The notes under the pieces are model-generated. The model was not told the DNA's origin. It made no database searches and saw only the letters and a list, made by a program, of their open reading frames with translations. A program made the position numbers and the translations under genes. A DNA stretch of 64,000 bases from Candidatus Cloacimonadales bacterium (GTDB lineage Bacteria; Cloacimonadota; Cloacimonadia; Cloacimonadales; DAONDQ01), in contig OY759316.1 in the NCBI GenBank assembly GCA_963662275.1, positions 3,008,001 through 3,072,000 of the forward strand, in the 5' to 3' direction. This document shows, piece after piece, positions 49,579-60,413 of the stretch (position 1 is the stretch's first letter; each line of letters opens with the position of its first letter).

Positions 49579-51259
49579 CCGGTTTATGATTCCCTGTTTT
49601 GATTTCAATAATGGCAATTTGATTTGCTTTGATATCACTGAATGTTACATTCTGTTTGTTTACAACAGCCTCAGCGCCACTGATATCCCCAATTTCCGTA
49701 TCCCCAAGAACTTTAATCGTAAAAAACTTGATATCACTGGGAAAATAGATACTTATTTCATATTCACTTTCTTCAATCGTGACTTGACGTCTCATATCCC
49801 ACCAGGTAGCAATTTCTTTGGCTGTCGTGAAATATACTGATTTTGTTTGCAGCAATTCCAACACATAAGAATAGATCTTCTCCAAATATGGTAATTCTTC
49901 GAAATTAGATAAACAAAAATCAAAAGATATTAAACCGTTAGAACGTTGTGTATTTTCTATCAATTTCTTGATATGATTTTTACTCTTCTCCAGTGGTACT
50001 TGTTTATATTTAGAGATACGTAGAGATTCATCTTTGACATTAATTGGAATTTCCACATGATTACTCCGCTTATTGTCAAAATAGGGATAAAAAGGATAAG
50101 CTATACCGCGCATAAAACCCATTCGATCCGTGTAACCTAGGGAAGAATCATATAAAAAATGTGTATGTTGCTGCTGTTCCAGTTTCTGATGTTGAAAATA
50201 TGTATTCATATTCCTGATACCATAAGTAGTTAATCCAGTCAGCTTTTGAAAAGCCATTTTCTGATGTCTCAAATAATCAGAATCTGTTTTTCTTCGTGTA
50301 TCATAAATACCGATATCATGTCCTTCAGCCAGTATATGTTTAATTGTAGATTGTATTTCTTCATCATTACCCGCATCATAATCTATGTGATCTGATTTCA
50401 AAGGTGCGAGATAGTAGGTTGTCTTGACTTGATAATTCTTATCTAGACTCAGATACTCCTCAAAGTTCCAATACATTTCATAATTAGTAAATATGTATTT
50501 GATCTTACTTGCCATATTTTTGGAAAGAGATGCCCAGCGAAAAGTGACTAATAACTTAATATCTTCGAAAACAGAATACATGAGAGAATTCAGATTCCAT
50601 TTCTGAAGATGATCAACATCATGAGAGACTGTAGCAGCAAATGTCTGTGCCTGGGGCCAATATGTTCTCTGTGCTAAAACCATCTTTTTCTTTGTTACCT
50701 GATCACCTAGCATCTTGTCCATTGCCCAGAAAAAATTATGAAGAAAAGGCATGTCTCGATATTCATTAAAAACACTGGCATTATCAGGATATCTCCCATT
50801 ATGATCATGTTTTTTCTCTACTGATTCTTCCATTCCGGCAATATGAAAATAGATATTACCTATCAAGTCGAAATTGAACTTCCCCCCATAGATCTCTGAC
50901 CCTGAAAATACTTCTAATGGGATTTCTGTAAGTTTCTTTTCAGAAAGTACAGGAGTTGTAGTATGAATCTTAATTTGATAAAGTTGATTACGAATCTGCT
51001 CCGCATTCATATCACATTTTTGGAACAAAAAAGGTTCAGCAGGGATATAGATCGTAATATTATTTTTTGCATAATTATAAAGCTCTTCTGGAGAAGGATG
51101 AATCATCCAATATAGGATCAGAATATCACGTGTTCCTACTTGGCTGGGATCCTGGATAAAACGATGACTATAACCTAAAGTCTGAAATAGAAAGTCAAAA
51201 CTATAGCGAATTTGACTATCAATTTTTTCAAGTAGATGATCTATGTTAACAGTGATCAT
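49568..51259 (-). CDS. Polysaccharide deacetylase-like (NodB-related) protein
   Basis: D..GRY, VSHDVD, YDSSLGY..RMGF.RG..YPF. Confidence 0.65.
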   Translation of the reverse strand: MITVNIDHLLEKIDSQIRYSFDFLFQTLGYSHRFIQDPSQVGTRDILILYWMIHPSPEELYNYAKNNITIYIPAEPFLFQKCDMNAEQIRNQLYQIKIHTTTPVLSEKKLTEIPLEVFSGSEIYGGKFNFDLIGNIYFHIAGMEESVEKKHDHNGRYPDNASVFNEYRDMPFLHNFFWAMDKMLGDQVTKKKMVLAQRTYWPQAQTFAATVSHDVDHLQKWNLNSLMYSVFEDIKLLVTFRWASLSKNMASKIKYIFTNYEMYWNFEEYLSLDKNYQVKTTYYLAPLKSDHIDYDAGNDEEIQSTIKHILAEGHDIGIYDTRRKTDSDYLRHQKMAFQKLTGLTTYGIRNMNTYFQHQKLEQQQHTHFLYDSSLGYTDRMGFMRGIAYPFYPYFDNKRSNHVEIPINVKDESLRISKYKQVPLEKSKNHIKKLIENTQRSNGLISFDFCLSNFEELPYLEKIYSYVLELLQTKSVYFTTAKEIATWWDMRRQVTIEESEYEISIYFPSDIKFFTIKVLGDTEIGDISGAEAVVNKQNVTFSDIKANQIAIIEIKTGNHKPDVE

Positions 51260-51579
51260 ATTATTTCCTTCTTCTCAAGCAGGTATCATTTTAATTTTCA
51301 CGATGCTTGCTTGTGTGTCAAGCCTTTATGAATTATTTCTTTGAATATTCTAATTATTCAGTATTGTTTATCCAAAATTTCCTGAGTGATTTATTTATTA
51401 AAACTCTATCATGACTTAGAATACGGAAAGCTTTAAAAAAAAGGTATTTTTTTATTGACCGATTGGAGATTAATGACTTACTTTGTAATATTAGAAGTTG
51501 GAGTTAATCAAATCATTTTGGATACTTCTAATTATGAATTATTATATATACTTCTAAAGTGAACATAATGGAGTCAATA

Positions 51580-51939
51580 ATGAACCGTCTTATTTTACTT
51601 GTCGATGATGACTTATTACTACGCGAAGTAGTCAGCGACTATTTAGAACGCTTTGATTATGTCGTTGAAACTGCTGAAAATGCTGAGCAAGCTCTGACAA
51701 TGTTCGAACCTGGAAAATACAGTTTAGGTATCCTGGATTTGGTTATGCCTGGAATGAATGGACTTGATCTGATGAAACAACTCCTCAAACAGGATCCAAG
51801 TTTCTTTGTCATCATTATGACCGGATATCCTACAGTAGATAGTGCTTATAAGGCTATGGTGGAAGGAATTTCCGACTATATCATCAAACCCTTCCGGTTT
51901 GATGAACTGCTTCAGACTGTTCAAAAATACGTTCCATAA
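51580..51939 (+). CDS. Stand-alone response regulator receiver protein
   Basis: LLVDDD, LDLVMPGMNG, MTGY, YIIKPF; GGAG RBS before 51580. Confidence 0.9.
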   Translation: MNRLILLVDDDLLLREVVSDYLERFDYVVETAENAEQALTMFEPGKYSLGILDLVMPGMNGLDLMKQLLKQDPSFFVIIMTGYPTVDSAYKAMVEGISDYIIKPFRFDELLQTVQKYVP

Positions 51940-51942
51940 ATA

Positions 51943-52878
51943 ATGCAATATCAAATACATCATTTGCCTTTGGATAAACTTCCTCCCTTGGCAATGAAGT
52001 TTTCTCTCTATTGCCAACCGGATTTTCTTGCTGCATTTGCATCTGCATATCAAGCTGAAGTATTTTATTTAGCTACTTGGAATGGAACCGAATACGTTGC
52101 CTGTATGCCGGTCTTCGAACGAAAAAAACTGGGTTTTCTAACAATCATAAATCCACAGCTTTATTATTATCATTTTCTTTCTTTCAACATGCAGAAGAGT
52201 ATGCATCCGAATCGTATCCAACAACGAAAGCTGGATATATTGGAAGCAATCTCACATTATATGCAGAAAAACTACCATAAAGTATTGTTTAATCTGAACC
52301 CGGAAATCCAGGATATTCGAGGTTTCACATGGACAAAAATGAAAGCCATTCCATTGTATACATATCTTGTATCATTGAAAAATATCAACTCTTCTCACTT
52401 TTTTGTAAATGAACGTAATTCCATTCATAAAGCAGAAAGAGAGGGTGTTACTATTGCAGAATTTATCAATTATAATGAGTTTATCCGATTAATGAAAATG
52501 ACGAATCAAAGGCAGGGAAGAGAATTAGCTCTTTCGGAAGAACAACATATAAAATTACTTCAAGATTTATTCAATATCCAAGCTGTCAGACAGTTTAATG
52601 CGCTTATTGATAATAAGATCATTGCCGTTTTTCTTGTTTTGCAGGATCATGGATTGGATACCGTATATGCTTGGCAGCATTATACTGACCCTGCTTATTT
52701 CAATACAGGGGTCAGCCCTTTTTTCTTTAATACTCTGTTCAACCTTCTCAAAGATGACTTCTCCACATTTGATCTTTGTGGTGCCAACCATCCTGCGATA
52801 TCAAGATATAAAGCAGCACTGGGAGCTAATCTACAAGTATTCTTCAGGATTCAGGGAAATATGCTGACCTGGAAATGA
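51943..52878 (+). CDS. GNAT/FemAB-like acyltransferase-fold protein
   Basis: R.SI.KA, FDLCGAN.P.I.RYK..LGA. Confidence 0.7.
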   Translation: MQYQIHHLPLDKLPPLAMKFSLYCQPDFLAAFASAYQAEVFYLATWNGTEYVACMPVFERKKLGFLTIINPQLYYYHFLSFNMQKSMHPNRIQQRKLDILEAISHYMQKNYHKVLFNLNPEIQDIRGFTWTKMKAIPLYTYLVSLKNINSSHFFVNERNSIHKAEREGVTIAEFINYNEFIRLMKMTNQRQGRELALSEEQHIKLLQDLFNIQAVRQFNALIDNKIIAVFLVLQDHGLDTVYAWQHYTDPAYFNTGVSPFFFNTLFNLLKDDFSTFDLCGANHPAISRYKAALGANLQVFFRIQGNMLTWK

Positions 52879-52879
52879 T

Positions 52880-54337
52880 TTAGAAATCTGTTTCAGCAAT
52901 TAAAGAACAAATCGCATCCTGGATTTTAGTCATCTCTTCATCATTCTTATAATCGTTTATGAGTATCGTAATTGCAAACAGTGTATGATTTCGATTCATC
53001 GCATATCCGCTCAAATTCCTAACATATCGCATAGAACCTGTTTTGGCAAAGATTTTCCCTATCGTGGGAATTGCTTTCATTCGTTTACTCAAGGTACCAT
53101 CCATTCCTGCCATAGGTAATGATGCTAGAAATGTGGAAAACTCTGGTTTTCCAGCCATGTAAACCAGTAGTTTGGAACACTGGGAAGCAGTGCACATATT
53201 ATAGCGTGATAAACCTGAACCATCAGCTATGTATATGGAATCAGGGTTGATATTCATACTTTGCAGCTCATACTTCAAGATGTTAATCGAATTTTTATCC
53301 GTTCTGCCTAATGTAAGTAATAAGGCTTCCGAAGCTAGATTAAGACTTTGTTTATTTGTGAACCTGGTAATCTTCGCTAAAGTTGGAGAAGCATGTTCAA
53401 AAATTAGTGTCATTTTAGGATGTTTCAACTCTTGCATCGAATGAATCACCCGTACTTTCCCCTTGCACTTGATTCCTTTCTGCATCAAAATAGAATGAAG
53501 TATTTTACCGGAAACAACTTCAGGATTGGGAATAGCAAAGAACTCCTCATCCTGATGATTGGGTTTGAGTGAACCGGTAAGCCTGATACCTTTTCCATCC
53601 ATCATAGATGTTAACTGAACAGAGTCTTTTGTAATGTTTGAGTCTGTTACTACATCATTCTGAACAGGAATCTCAATATTCTCAGGTTTCATGATCATGG
53701 CAGGTGATTGACCATCTTCTGTACCGATAAGTACCAGGTAACCTCGATTTTCATTAAAAATGAAACTCGTTCTTTCTGCTGTATAATCATATGCGAGATC
53801 ATCCCAATTCCAGCCTGCCCCCCAGGATTTCACCTGAAAAAGAGTATCCAGGATCACAATATCCCCTTTAATCCTATGAATATGATGAGCCAGTAAGCTA
53901 TCAGCCCAATTTATAAAAACTGTTTCAGCATCTCCTTGATAAAAACGATCTGACATAGAAGGATCACCGGAACCGGCAATTATCAAGTCACCTTTGATCT
54001 TATGACCTTTCATCTTTCCGGTATACATTACTGGAGTTTTATATTGATAATCCTCTCCCAGCTTCAATAAACATACAGATGTAGTAAACAGCTTTTGGAT
54101 GGATGCAGGTGTCATGTAAGCATTGGCATATTTTGCATATAGCAGGGAATCATTTGATACATCCTGGATATCGATTCCTATACTGGCGCCATTATTCACT
54201 ATTGGAGCTAACAAACTATCGATTCTAGCCGATAGTGTTAATTTTGAATCAGGTATTGGAGTAATAATTTCTTGAGCAAAAAGAGGCAAAACACAGAAGA
54301 AAACGAAAATGGTAAGAACACATATTCTAATCGTCAT
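52880..54337 (-). CDS. dacB: D-Ala-D-Ala carboxypeptidase/endopeptidase (PBP4, peptidase S13)
   Basis: PASIQK (SxxK), GSGDP, SLN (SxN), DGSGLSR.N, AKTGS. Confidence 0.92.
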   Translation of the reverse strand: MTIRICVLTIFVFFCVLPLFAQEIITPIPDSKLTLSARIDSLLAPIVNNGASIGIDIQDVSNDSLLYAKYANAYMTPASIQKLFTTSVCLLKLGEDYQYKTPVMYTGKMKGHKIKGDLIIAGSGDPSMSDRFYQGDAETVFINWADSLLAHHIHRIKGDIVILDTLFQVKSWGAGWNWDDLAYDYTAERTSFIFNENRGYLVLIGTEDGQSPAMIMKPENIEIPVQNDVVTDSNITKDSVQLTSMMDGKGIRLTGSLKPNHQDEEFFAIPNPEVVSGKILHSILMQKGIKCKGKVRVIHSMQELKHPKMTLIFEHASPTLAKITRFTNKQSLNLASEALLLTLGRTDKNSINILKYELQSMNINPDSIYIADGSGLSRYNMCTASQCSKLLVYMAGKPEFSTFLASLPMAGMDGTLSKRMKAIPTIGKIFAKTGSMRYVRNLSGYAMNRNHTLFAITILINDYKNDEEMTKIQDAICSLIAETDF

Positions 54338-54409
54338 GATACCTCTTATGAAACCAGTTTTGTTACGTGATGATAAGTCAGTATTTGAGATTTTATGTCA
54401 ATGAAAAGA

Positions 54410-55511
54410 TGAACCGCCGACTTCAGGGGTGACACTTTTACCGGAACGCTGTTTTCAAACGGCTATGCTCTGCAACATCGAACTTCACACTTCGTACTTC
54501 CATAGAACGCACGGGGTGCGTTTTGCCACCTCACGGGGTGAGGCGTTCCTGCTCTGCGAATTCATACTTCCATTGATCCATCTGCTCTACTAATTCGTAA
54601 TTCCCCCTCCTCCAATCTCGTAGAGATGAAATCCGATAGCTAACGTGTAAGCCTCACGAAACCAATCACCAAATCCATCCGAATCTCGTAGAGATGGCAG
54701 ATCATAGCCTGTGGTGGAACGAAGTGGAACCACAGGAAACACGCAATACACCCCCATTTCAAACCCCTTCAAGGGTGACACTTTTACCGGAACGCTGTTT
54801 TCAAACGGCTATGCTCTGCAACATCGACATTGGATGAACTGCTTTAGCCGTTCATTAGGGTTTCAACCCAATCTGTAGCAACTACTTCAGTCGTTGGATG
54901 AACTGCCGTAGTTCGCGACCTCCGGGCGTGATATATGGCTGCCGGGAAGTCAGCCACTACTGATATAAGGCTGCCGGGACGTCAGCCCCTACTGTTAGAT
55001 TTTTACCATTGAAATGGATTTGGTTTGATGAATCAAACCGGTACAACGAATAAATTCGTTGCTACTGCTCTCCGGAACTTCTGACTTCGAACCTCGCACC
55101 TCACACTTATAAAATGAGCTGGGTTTCATCTAGGGATCATCTAGGGATCATCTAGGCATCATCTAGACTTTCTTAGATTTTCTTAGGAAGATGCTTTATT
55201 CATATCCTTTTTCAACCTTTTTGTATTAAAAGATATATCCATATGGCTCATGAACCGCTCCTAAGTCAGATAGTAACCAGGTACTAGTCAGATCCTAACC
55301 AGCTCCTAAAGTATTTTAGAGTTTGAATGGCTTCTGATTAGTAGGTTTTTAGTTTCACATATGTTTGTCTTTCAAGAGACATTTGAAGAAGGTAAGAAGG
55401 ACAGAAGGACAGGAGGAGAAGAGAAGAAGACCCCCCTACCCCCCTTCCCAAGGGGGGATGAAGATTTGCTGCCGTAAATCCCTACCATCTTCCATCTACA
55501 ATCTTAAATTT
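54410..55511. repeat. Non-coding patchwork of REP-like hairpins, a 55-bp duplication, heptamers and 11-mers
   Basis: 54427-54481 = 54773-54827; GTAG/CTAC-tagged hairpins; TCATCTAGGGA x4; hairpin 55428-55459. Confidence 0.7.
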
Positions 55512-57372
55512 GAGACTGTTCAGGCATTTATTCATAATATACAATAAGTTAGGAAGTATCAAGTTGCGAAAAGTGGTCGAAACGATCATAATTTGATATC
55601 ACTTCCAGAATTGACATATCGGCATCTCCTATAACCCAAACTCTCAAGCTAAGCTTTTTGATTAAAAGCAAAAGATAAGCGATAGTAAGTAATTTTTCGA
55701 CTCCACTATTGACTATAAGTGTATCTAAAAGTATATAAAATAGTTCTTTACAAGTTTATTGCTATAGCTTCAATGGCATTTGTTACCTGGTAACAAAAGG
55801 GAGGATATTATGACAAAAAAACACTCCAATTCAAGAAGCTGTAAGTGTCAGTCATGAAAGTAACCAATACCATGTAAGTATTAACGTACCATGTTCATTT
55901 TGTTTGCCTGAAACGACATCCAACCACAAGTTTTTAATGGTATTCCTCCGCTTAATAACAGGAATAAACGGAGGCAATCTTCTCACATTTCAGCAAATAG
56001 CTAATCTGTTTAACTATGCAGACCGCAGGAATGTGCATAATTTCTGGCAGGAGTTTGAGCAACATGGCAAAGATATTCTGGCGTATCTGAGCCGGAAAGT
56101 TGACCTGCTGGAGTGTATTCCTCAGATCGAGAGTTTTGTTATCGATAACCTGCTTTTACCTTTAAATGTAATGTATCAGGAGTTCATCAGCCATCATGAT
56201 TTTCAAATGTCGTATGCCACTTTCTGCAAATATGCTTCTCAGATCAATGTCCTGTCTGTGGTTAAGCAAGCTCAGAAGCTTCTTCTGAAAAAGACAGTAG
56301 GCAGTGATGCTGTACATCTACTGAAACTGCTTGCCGGTCAGCAAAATACACCTGTTATCTGTGACAGACTCCTGGAACAAATGAAGACTGCTAAAGGCAA
56401 TGCATCGCATAGAATAGCCGATTCAAAGCCATTCCATAGTCTGGAACGCAAGAACCTGTGTCTGCTTGTGCATTACCTGGTTGGAAGCGGTATGAACTTC
56501 GAGACAATAGCTTTGCTGCTCAACACCTGTAAAGCTACAGTCTCAAATCTCTGGCATGAAATCGGTGATTTGCAGAGCCTGATTCTGAACTCAATCGGTA
56601 AGTGGAGCGGAAAGATCAGCATTGATGAGAAATATGTGAAGATCAAAGGTATTCCGTACTATGTCATCAGTATTGTGGATTTTGTGACTCACATCCCTCT
56701 ATTTTGTGAGTTGTATCCTGACACAAAGAAAGAATCATTCGAAGCATGTTTCAGAACCTTCAGACAGCTCTATAGAAAAGATCCTATCCTGGTTGTCAGT
56801 GATGGCAGTAAAGCATTAGCGGCTGCCAGAAAAACCGTGTTTCCCAAAGTCCATTATCAGCTCTGCAAATTCCATAAAATACGAAACCTCTTCAAAAGAA
56901 TCAGTCAATGTCATCTCCCTGAAGAGGGAGACAAGTTCTTTAAGAAGAGGATTATGAAAGCTTTCCGAAGAGAAACGGCGGGCGGAAGGAAAAAGGGTAT
57001 CTCAAGCCTGACAGCTATTACTCCCCCAACCGCCGCCGAATACATCAAAAGCAATATCATTAGTGATTGGAGACACCTCAGCAAAGGTTTGACTTCCAAT
57101 GTCTCTGAACGCTGGAACCGCAAAATCAAGAAAGTGACATCCGGCAGATTTGGTCTAAAATCTGAAGAAACCACTCGCAACCTTGTGTTTTCGCTTTGGT
57201 TCAAAGAACTGGTCGATAAAGGACAACCAATCCTGCGTCAGGAATCGCTTTTAGCCAGTTTAAATATCTCTCGGATATGTCAAGAAAATGTGGACTGGTC
57301 GCACTTAGACCACTTTTTCTCTGTCAGTACCAATAAGGCTGCATAAAATGGAGGTTAATTTTGAACAGTCTC
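55512..57372 (+). mobile_element. Complete insertion sequence (DDE; IS6/IS256-like), 1861 bp
   Basis: 11-bp terminal IR GAGACTGTTCA / TGAACAGTCTC; 8-bp TSD TTAAATTT (55504-55511, 57373-57380). Confidence 0.9.
55904..57346 (+). CDS. DDE transposase (true start probably 55810, across a frameshift)
   Basis: SIDEKYVK, VVSDG, HYQLCKFH, TSNVSERWN. Confidence 0.85.
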   Translation: MPETTSNHKFLMVFLRLITGINGGNLLTFQQIANLFNYADRRNVHNFWQEFEQHGKDILAYLSRKVDLLECIPQIESFVIDNLLLPLNVMYQEFISHHDFQMSYATFCKYASQINVLSVVKQAQKLLLKKTVGSDAVHLLKLLAGQQNTPVICDRLLEQMKTAKGNASHRIADSKPFHSLERKNLCLLVHYLVGSGMNFETIALLLNTCKATVSNLWHEIGDLQSLILNSIGKWSGKISIDEKYVKIKGIPYYVISIVDFVTHIPLFCELYPDTKKESFEACFRTFRQLYRKDPILVVSDGSKALAAARKTVFPKVHYQLCKFHKIRNLFKRISQCHLPEEGDKFFKKRIMKAFRRETAGGRKKGISSLTAITPPTAAEYIKSNIISDWRHLSKGLTSNVSERWNRKIKKVTSGRFGLKSEETTRNLVFSLWFKELVDKGQPILRQESLLASLNISRICQENVDWSHLDHFFSVSTNKAA

Positions 57373-57406
57373 TTAAATTTTCAATCTTAAATCTTAAATT
57401 TATTTC

Positions 57407-57453
57407 TTGACAGCCAACTAGTTTGTAATAAATATAGGTTTGTATTGCAAACC
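57407..57453 (+). promoter_or_regulatory. Putative promoter (-35 TTGACA) with palindromic operator GGTTTG-TATTG-CAAACC
   Basis: TTGACA at 57407; palindrome at 57437-57453; related half-site GTTTGTAAT at 57421. Confidence 0.5.
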
Positions 57454-57507
57454 ACAAAGAAGAATGAAGTGATTTGATACCTGATCTAAAATATGGGAGG
57501 ATTAGTG

Positions 57508-58497
57508 ATGAAACAAAATGATGCTTTTGACTCGATCCAGCAATTTGGTCATGAATCGCTGAACAAATATGAAACAGCCGGAGGTTTACTGGATATCGGT
57601 TGCGGAATCTATCTCCTGGCTTCCAGTTCTTTTCTGTTCGTTCATAAGATTGGATATTGGATGTATCTTTGGTGGATCATACTGCTCGGTCTGTTTCTTA
57701 TCGCTCTGTACTTAAGAAAGAAGATCATCCTTCCCCGTATCGGTATGGCTAAATTCTCAAAACAAATTCAAGAGCCAAAAAGAAATCTGATTTCTCGCAT
57801 TGAGTTGATCATCGTTTTCTTTGTATATTCCTTATGGCTGATAGCAGATCCGCATTTCCTGCCAACTGCCAATATCGTCATGTGTTTCAACTTTGGAATT
57901 ATAGGTTCTAAATCCCTGGCGAAGGTAAAATACTACTTCATAGCAGCCTTTGCTTCTGTACCCTTCATTTACCCATATTTTAAACCGGATTACCAAAACA
58001 CACTGGTTGCAGCATTTTTACTCTTTGTTATGGCTCTAATTTCGAAATGGATTTGGACGAAATCTAGCTGGGAACCTTGTAAAAAAGAAGTGAAACCAAA
58101 GAACTTCCTGCAAATGATTTTTATGCTCATCATTGCATTGGCTATTGAATGCTTCCTATTTACTATTTTCAGACCTGATGTTGCAGAATTCATGAGGAAT
58201 TGGACATCTCATCATACAATATTGACCGTTGGATTGGTAATCTCTATCCTGATGATACTCCTGGGTATTTTGCAGCGGACTCCCCGTATGTATGGTTATG
58301 CCGTTCTTGTCATCGGCATGTCCTCTTTATCGAACCTCATGAATGCCATTCATATCAACCCAGGACTGCTGATACTGAGTTCCGGTATCATCATTCTCTT
58401 ATCAGGTATCCGGATATTGAGACAATTCATCAAAAATAATCCCATATTAGAAGACGATAACTTTCTAGAGGATAAGGTGCTATATGATACAAAATGA
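57508..58497 (+). CDS. Polytopic membrane protein, paralog 1 of 4
   Basis: MKQND start after GGAGG; G..DI, KIILPRIG, FIKNNP; ~10 TM segments. Confidence 0.8.
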   Translation: MKQNDAFDSIQQFGHESLNKYETAGGLLDIGCGIYLLASSSFLFVHKIGYWMYLWWIILLGLFLIALYLRKKIILPRIGMAKFSKQIQEPKRNLISRIELIIVFFVYSLWLIADPHFLPTANIVMCFNFGIIGSKSLAKVKYYFIAAFASVPFIYPYFKPDYQNTLVAAFLLFVMALISKWIWTKSSWEPCKKEVKPKNFLQMIFMLIIALAIECFLFTIFRPDVAEFMRNWTSHHTILTVGLVISILMILLGILQRTPRMYGYAVLVIGMSSLSNLMNAIHINPGLLILSSGIIILLSGIRILRQFIKNNPILEDDNFLEDKVLYDTK

Positions 58498-59458
58498 TAA
58501 GATCGACACAGTCATGAAAAACACATTTCTTATGTATAATATTGAAGATGGTTTTTTTGACATTCTTTTTGGGTTTTCATACTTGATCTACTCTTTTCTA
58601 TTCATGAAATGTAATACAAATCACTGGCTGGGTTTTGTTGTAATTAGTGCTTGTATCCTCATGTTTATCAAAGGAAAGATCGTAAAGCCTCGTATTGGTT
58701 ATGCAGTTTTCAAAAAATATTCCGCCCCTGCTTTTAACAGAGCGATGGTCGCAACGATTTGTACGATTCTAGTATCAACAGCAGGAATCATTCTTTCATT
58801 CCCTCTTGTCAACTCTGTAAAGGAAACTTATAGCTATTTCTATATTTGGGCATTTATCGGATTAGCAATCGTAGTAATTGGCGGAATCAGGCAGCAGGTA
58901 AGATATTACCTTTATGCAGCATTGATGATGGTACCTGTCCTATTTCCTGCTTTTTATCAAAAGAACCCTATTTTCGTTATCATAACTTTTATGTTATTTG
59001 CTCTTTCAATCATGATGATGGAAAAATTCTCAAAGAATGAGCTTTCTCCATCGATCAAACCGCATTATGTGAAATCATTGCATGCAGAAATGATAGTCTT
59101 TGCTTTGTTACTCGGATTGTACATAATACTTAGCTCTTTGTTTCCAAATCTATCAAAGTTCTTCAGCTCCTTATGGGATGAGGATGTGTTTTTTTTATTT
59201 GGTAATTACTTTGGTTTGATTATTTTTGGAATTGGATTAGCACTTTTAGTTAAAAGATTTATGATTTATGCTGCCTGTATTCTTGCGATTATTTATCTTC
59301 CCGCAATTATTCCCTTTTTTAAGCATGCTTTTCTGCCAATGATGATTTTACTTGGAATTTCCATGTTAACAATCGGGTTTGTTCTTCTATTTCGTTTTAT
59401 CAAGAAAAACCCGGTAATTGAAATTTCTGATCAGGAGGAGTTAAATGAAACAAAATGA
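58484..59458 (+). CDS. Polytopic membrane protein, paralog 2 of 4
   Basis: MIQND; EDGFFDI, KIVKPRIG, FIKKNP. Confidence 0.8.
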   Translation: MIQNDKIDTVMKNTFLMYNIEDGFFDILFGFSYLIYSFLFMKCNTNHWLGFVVISACILMFIKGKIVKPRIGYAVFKKYSAPAFNRAMVATICTILVSTAGIILSFPLVNSVKETYSYFYIWAFIGLAIVVIGGIRQQVRYYLYAALMMVPVLFPAFYQKNPIFVIITFMLFALSIMMMEKFSKNELSPSIKPHYVKSLHAEMIVFALLLGLYIILSSLFPNLSKFFSSLWDEDVFFLFGNYFGLIIFGIGLALLVKRFMIYAACILAIIYLPAIIPFFKHAFLPMMILLGISMLTIGFVLLFRFIKKNPVIEISDQEELNETK

Positions 59459-60413
59459 TGCAATCGAAACGGTGAAACAAAATACGTATGTCAGATACAA
59501 CATGGAAGATGGAGTGTGGGATATTTTACTTGGTTTTGGCATGGTATTCCTGGCTTTATGCTTACAGTATAACATGCTTTCATTTTTTGGCTTATTTGCT
59601 GTTTTTGCTCCAATGATAACCAGGATTCTAAAAAGAAAATATGTGTATCCCCGCATAGGAGTCGTTTTATTCAGAAAGTACCCGAAAGCTCATCGCCCAA
59701 GAATAATCATGGGTTCAATCTTTGTTATTATCATTTCTTTCATCGGAGTTGCTTTTACTCTTTATACAAAAGCCTCCCCCATCATTACATTCGCTTACTC
59801 CTACCCTTGGGGATTTATCATCCTGGCAATACTCATTGCAGGAGGAATCATGCAGGATAACAAATTCTACTTATATGCCTTCATGATGTGCATTCCCATA
59901 TATTTTACTCATCTATTCAATACCAATACGTATTACCGGAGCATTACAGTCATACTCCTGGTCGTTCTTCTGATTTGCATGGAAAAGATAGTGAAGAAGG
60001 GTACAGTCAAGAAAACGATACAAATCAAGCAGCGTTATGCTCGTTTCGAACATGATTTGGTCATTGTACTCTCTGTGATCGGAGGTATAGCTCTATACTT
60101 CAATATGAAAAATGTATCCCTGGCAAATCAATTAAGGGATTTTGGACTTACGCATCTTTCGATTGTAATTGGCAATTTTGTGGCGTTCCTGCTGCTGGTG
60201 ATCGGTATGGCTTTCACATCATTCAGATATATCCTATACGGGTTTCTACTGAGCGCTATCGTGTTTATCCCCTACCTAATTGCTGACGAAAAGGCTAATT
60301 TGTGGCATTTCCTGCTTTCACTAGGTGTCTTTATTATTTCGATAGGAATTACAGTTCTCATGAGGTTTATTAAAAAGTATCCTGTTCTCGAGGTGACAAA
60401 TGAAACAAAATGA
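59445..60413 (+). CDS. Polytopic membrane protein, paralog 3 of 4
   Basis: MKQND; EDGVWDI, KYVYPRIG, FIKKYP. Confidence 0.8.
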   Translation: MKQNDAIETVKQNTYVRYNMEDGVWDILLGFGMVFLALCLQYNMLSFFGLFAVFAPMITRILKRKYVYPRIGVVLFRKYPKAHRPRIIMGSIFVIIISFIGVAFTLYTKASPIITFAYSYPWGFIILAILIAGGIMQDNKFYLYAFMMCIPIYFTHLFNTNTYYRSITVILLVVLLICMEKIVKKGTVKKTIQIKQRYARFEHDLVIVLSVIGGIALYFNMKNVSLANQLRDFGLTHLSIVIGNFVAFLLLVIGMAFTSFRYILYGFLLSAIVFIPYLIADEKANLWHFLLSLGVFIISIGITVLMRFIKKYPVLEVTNETK

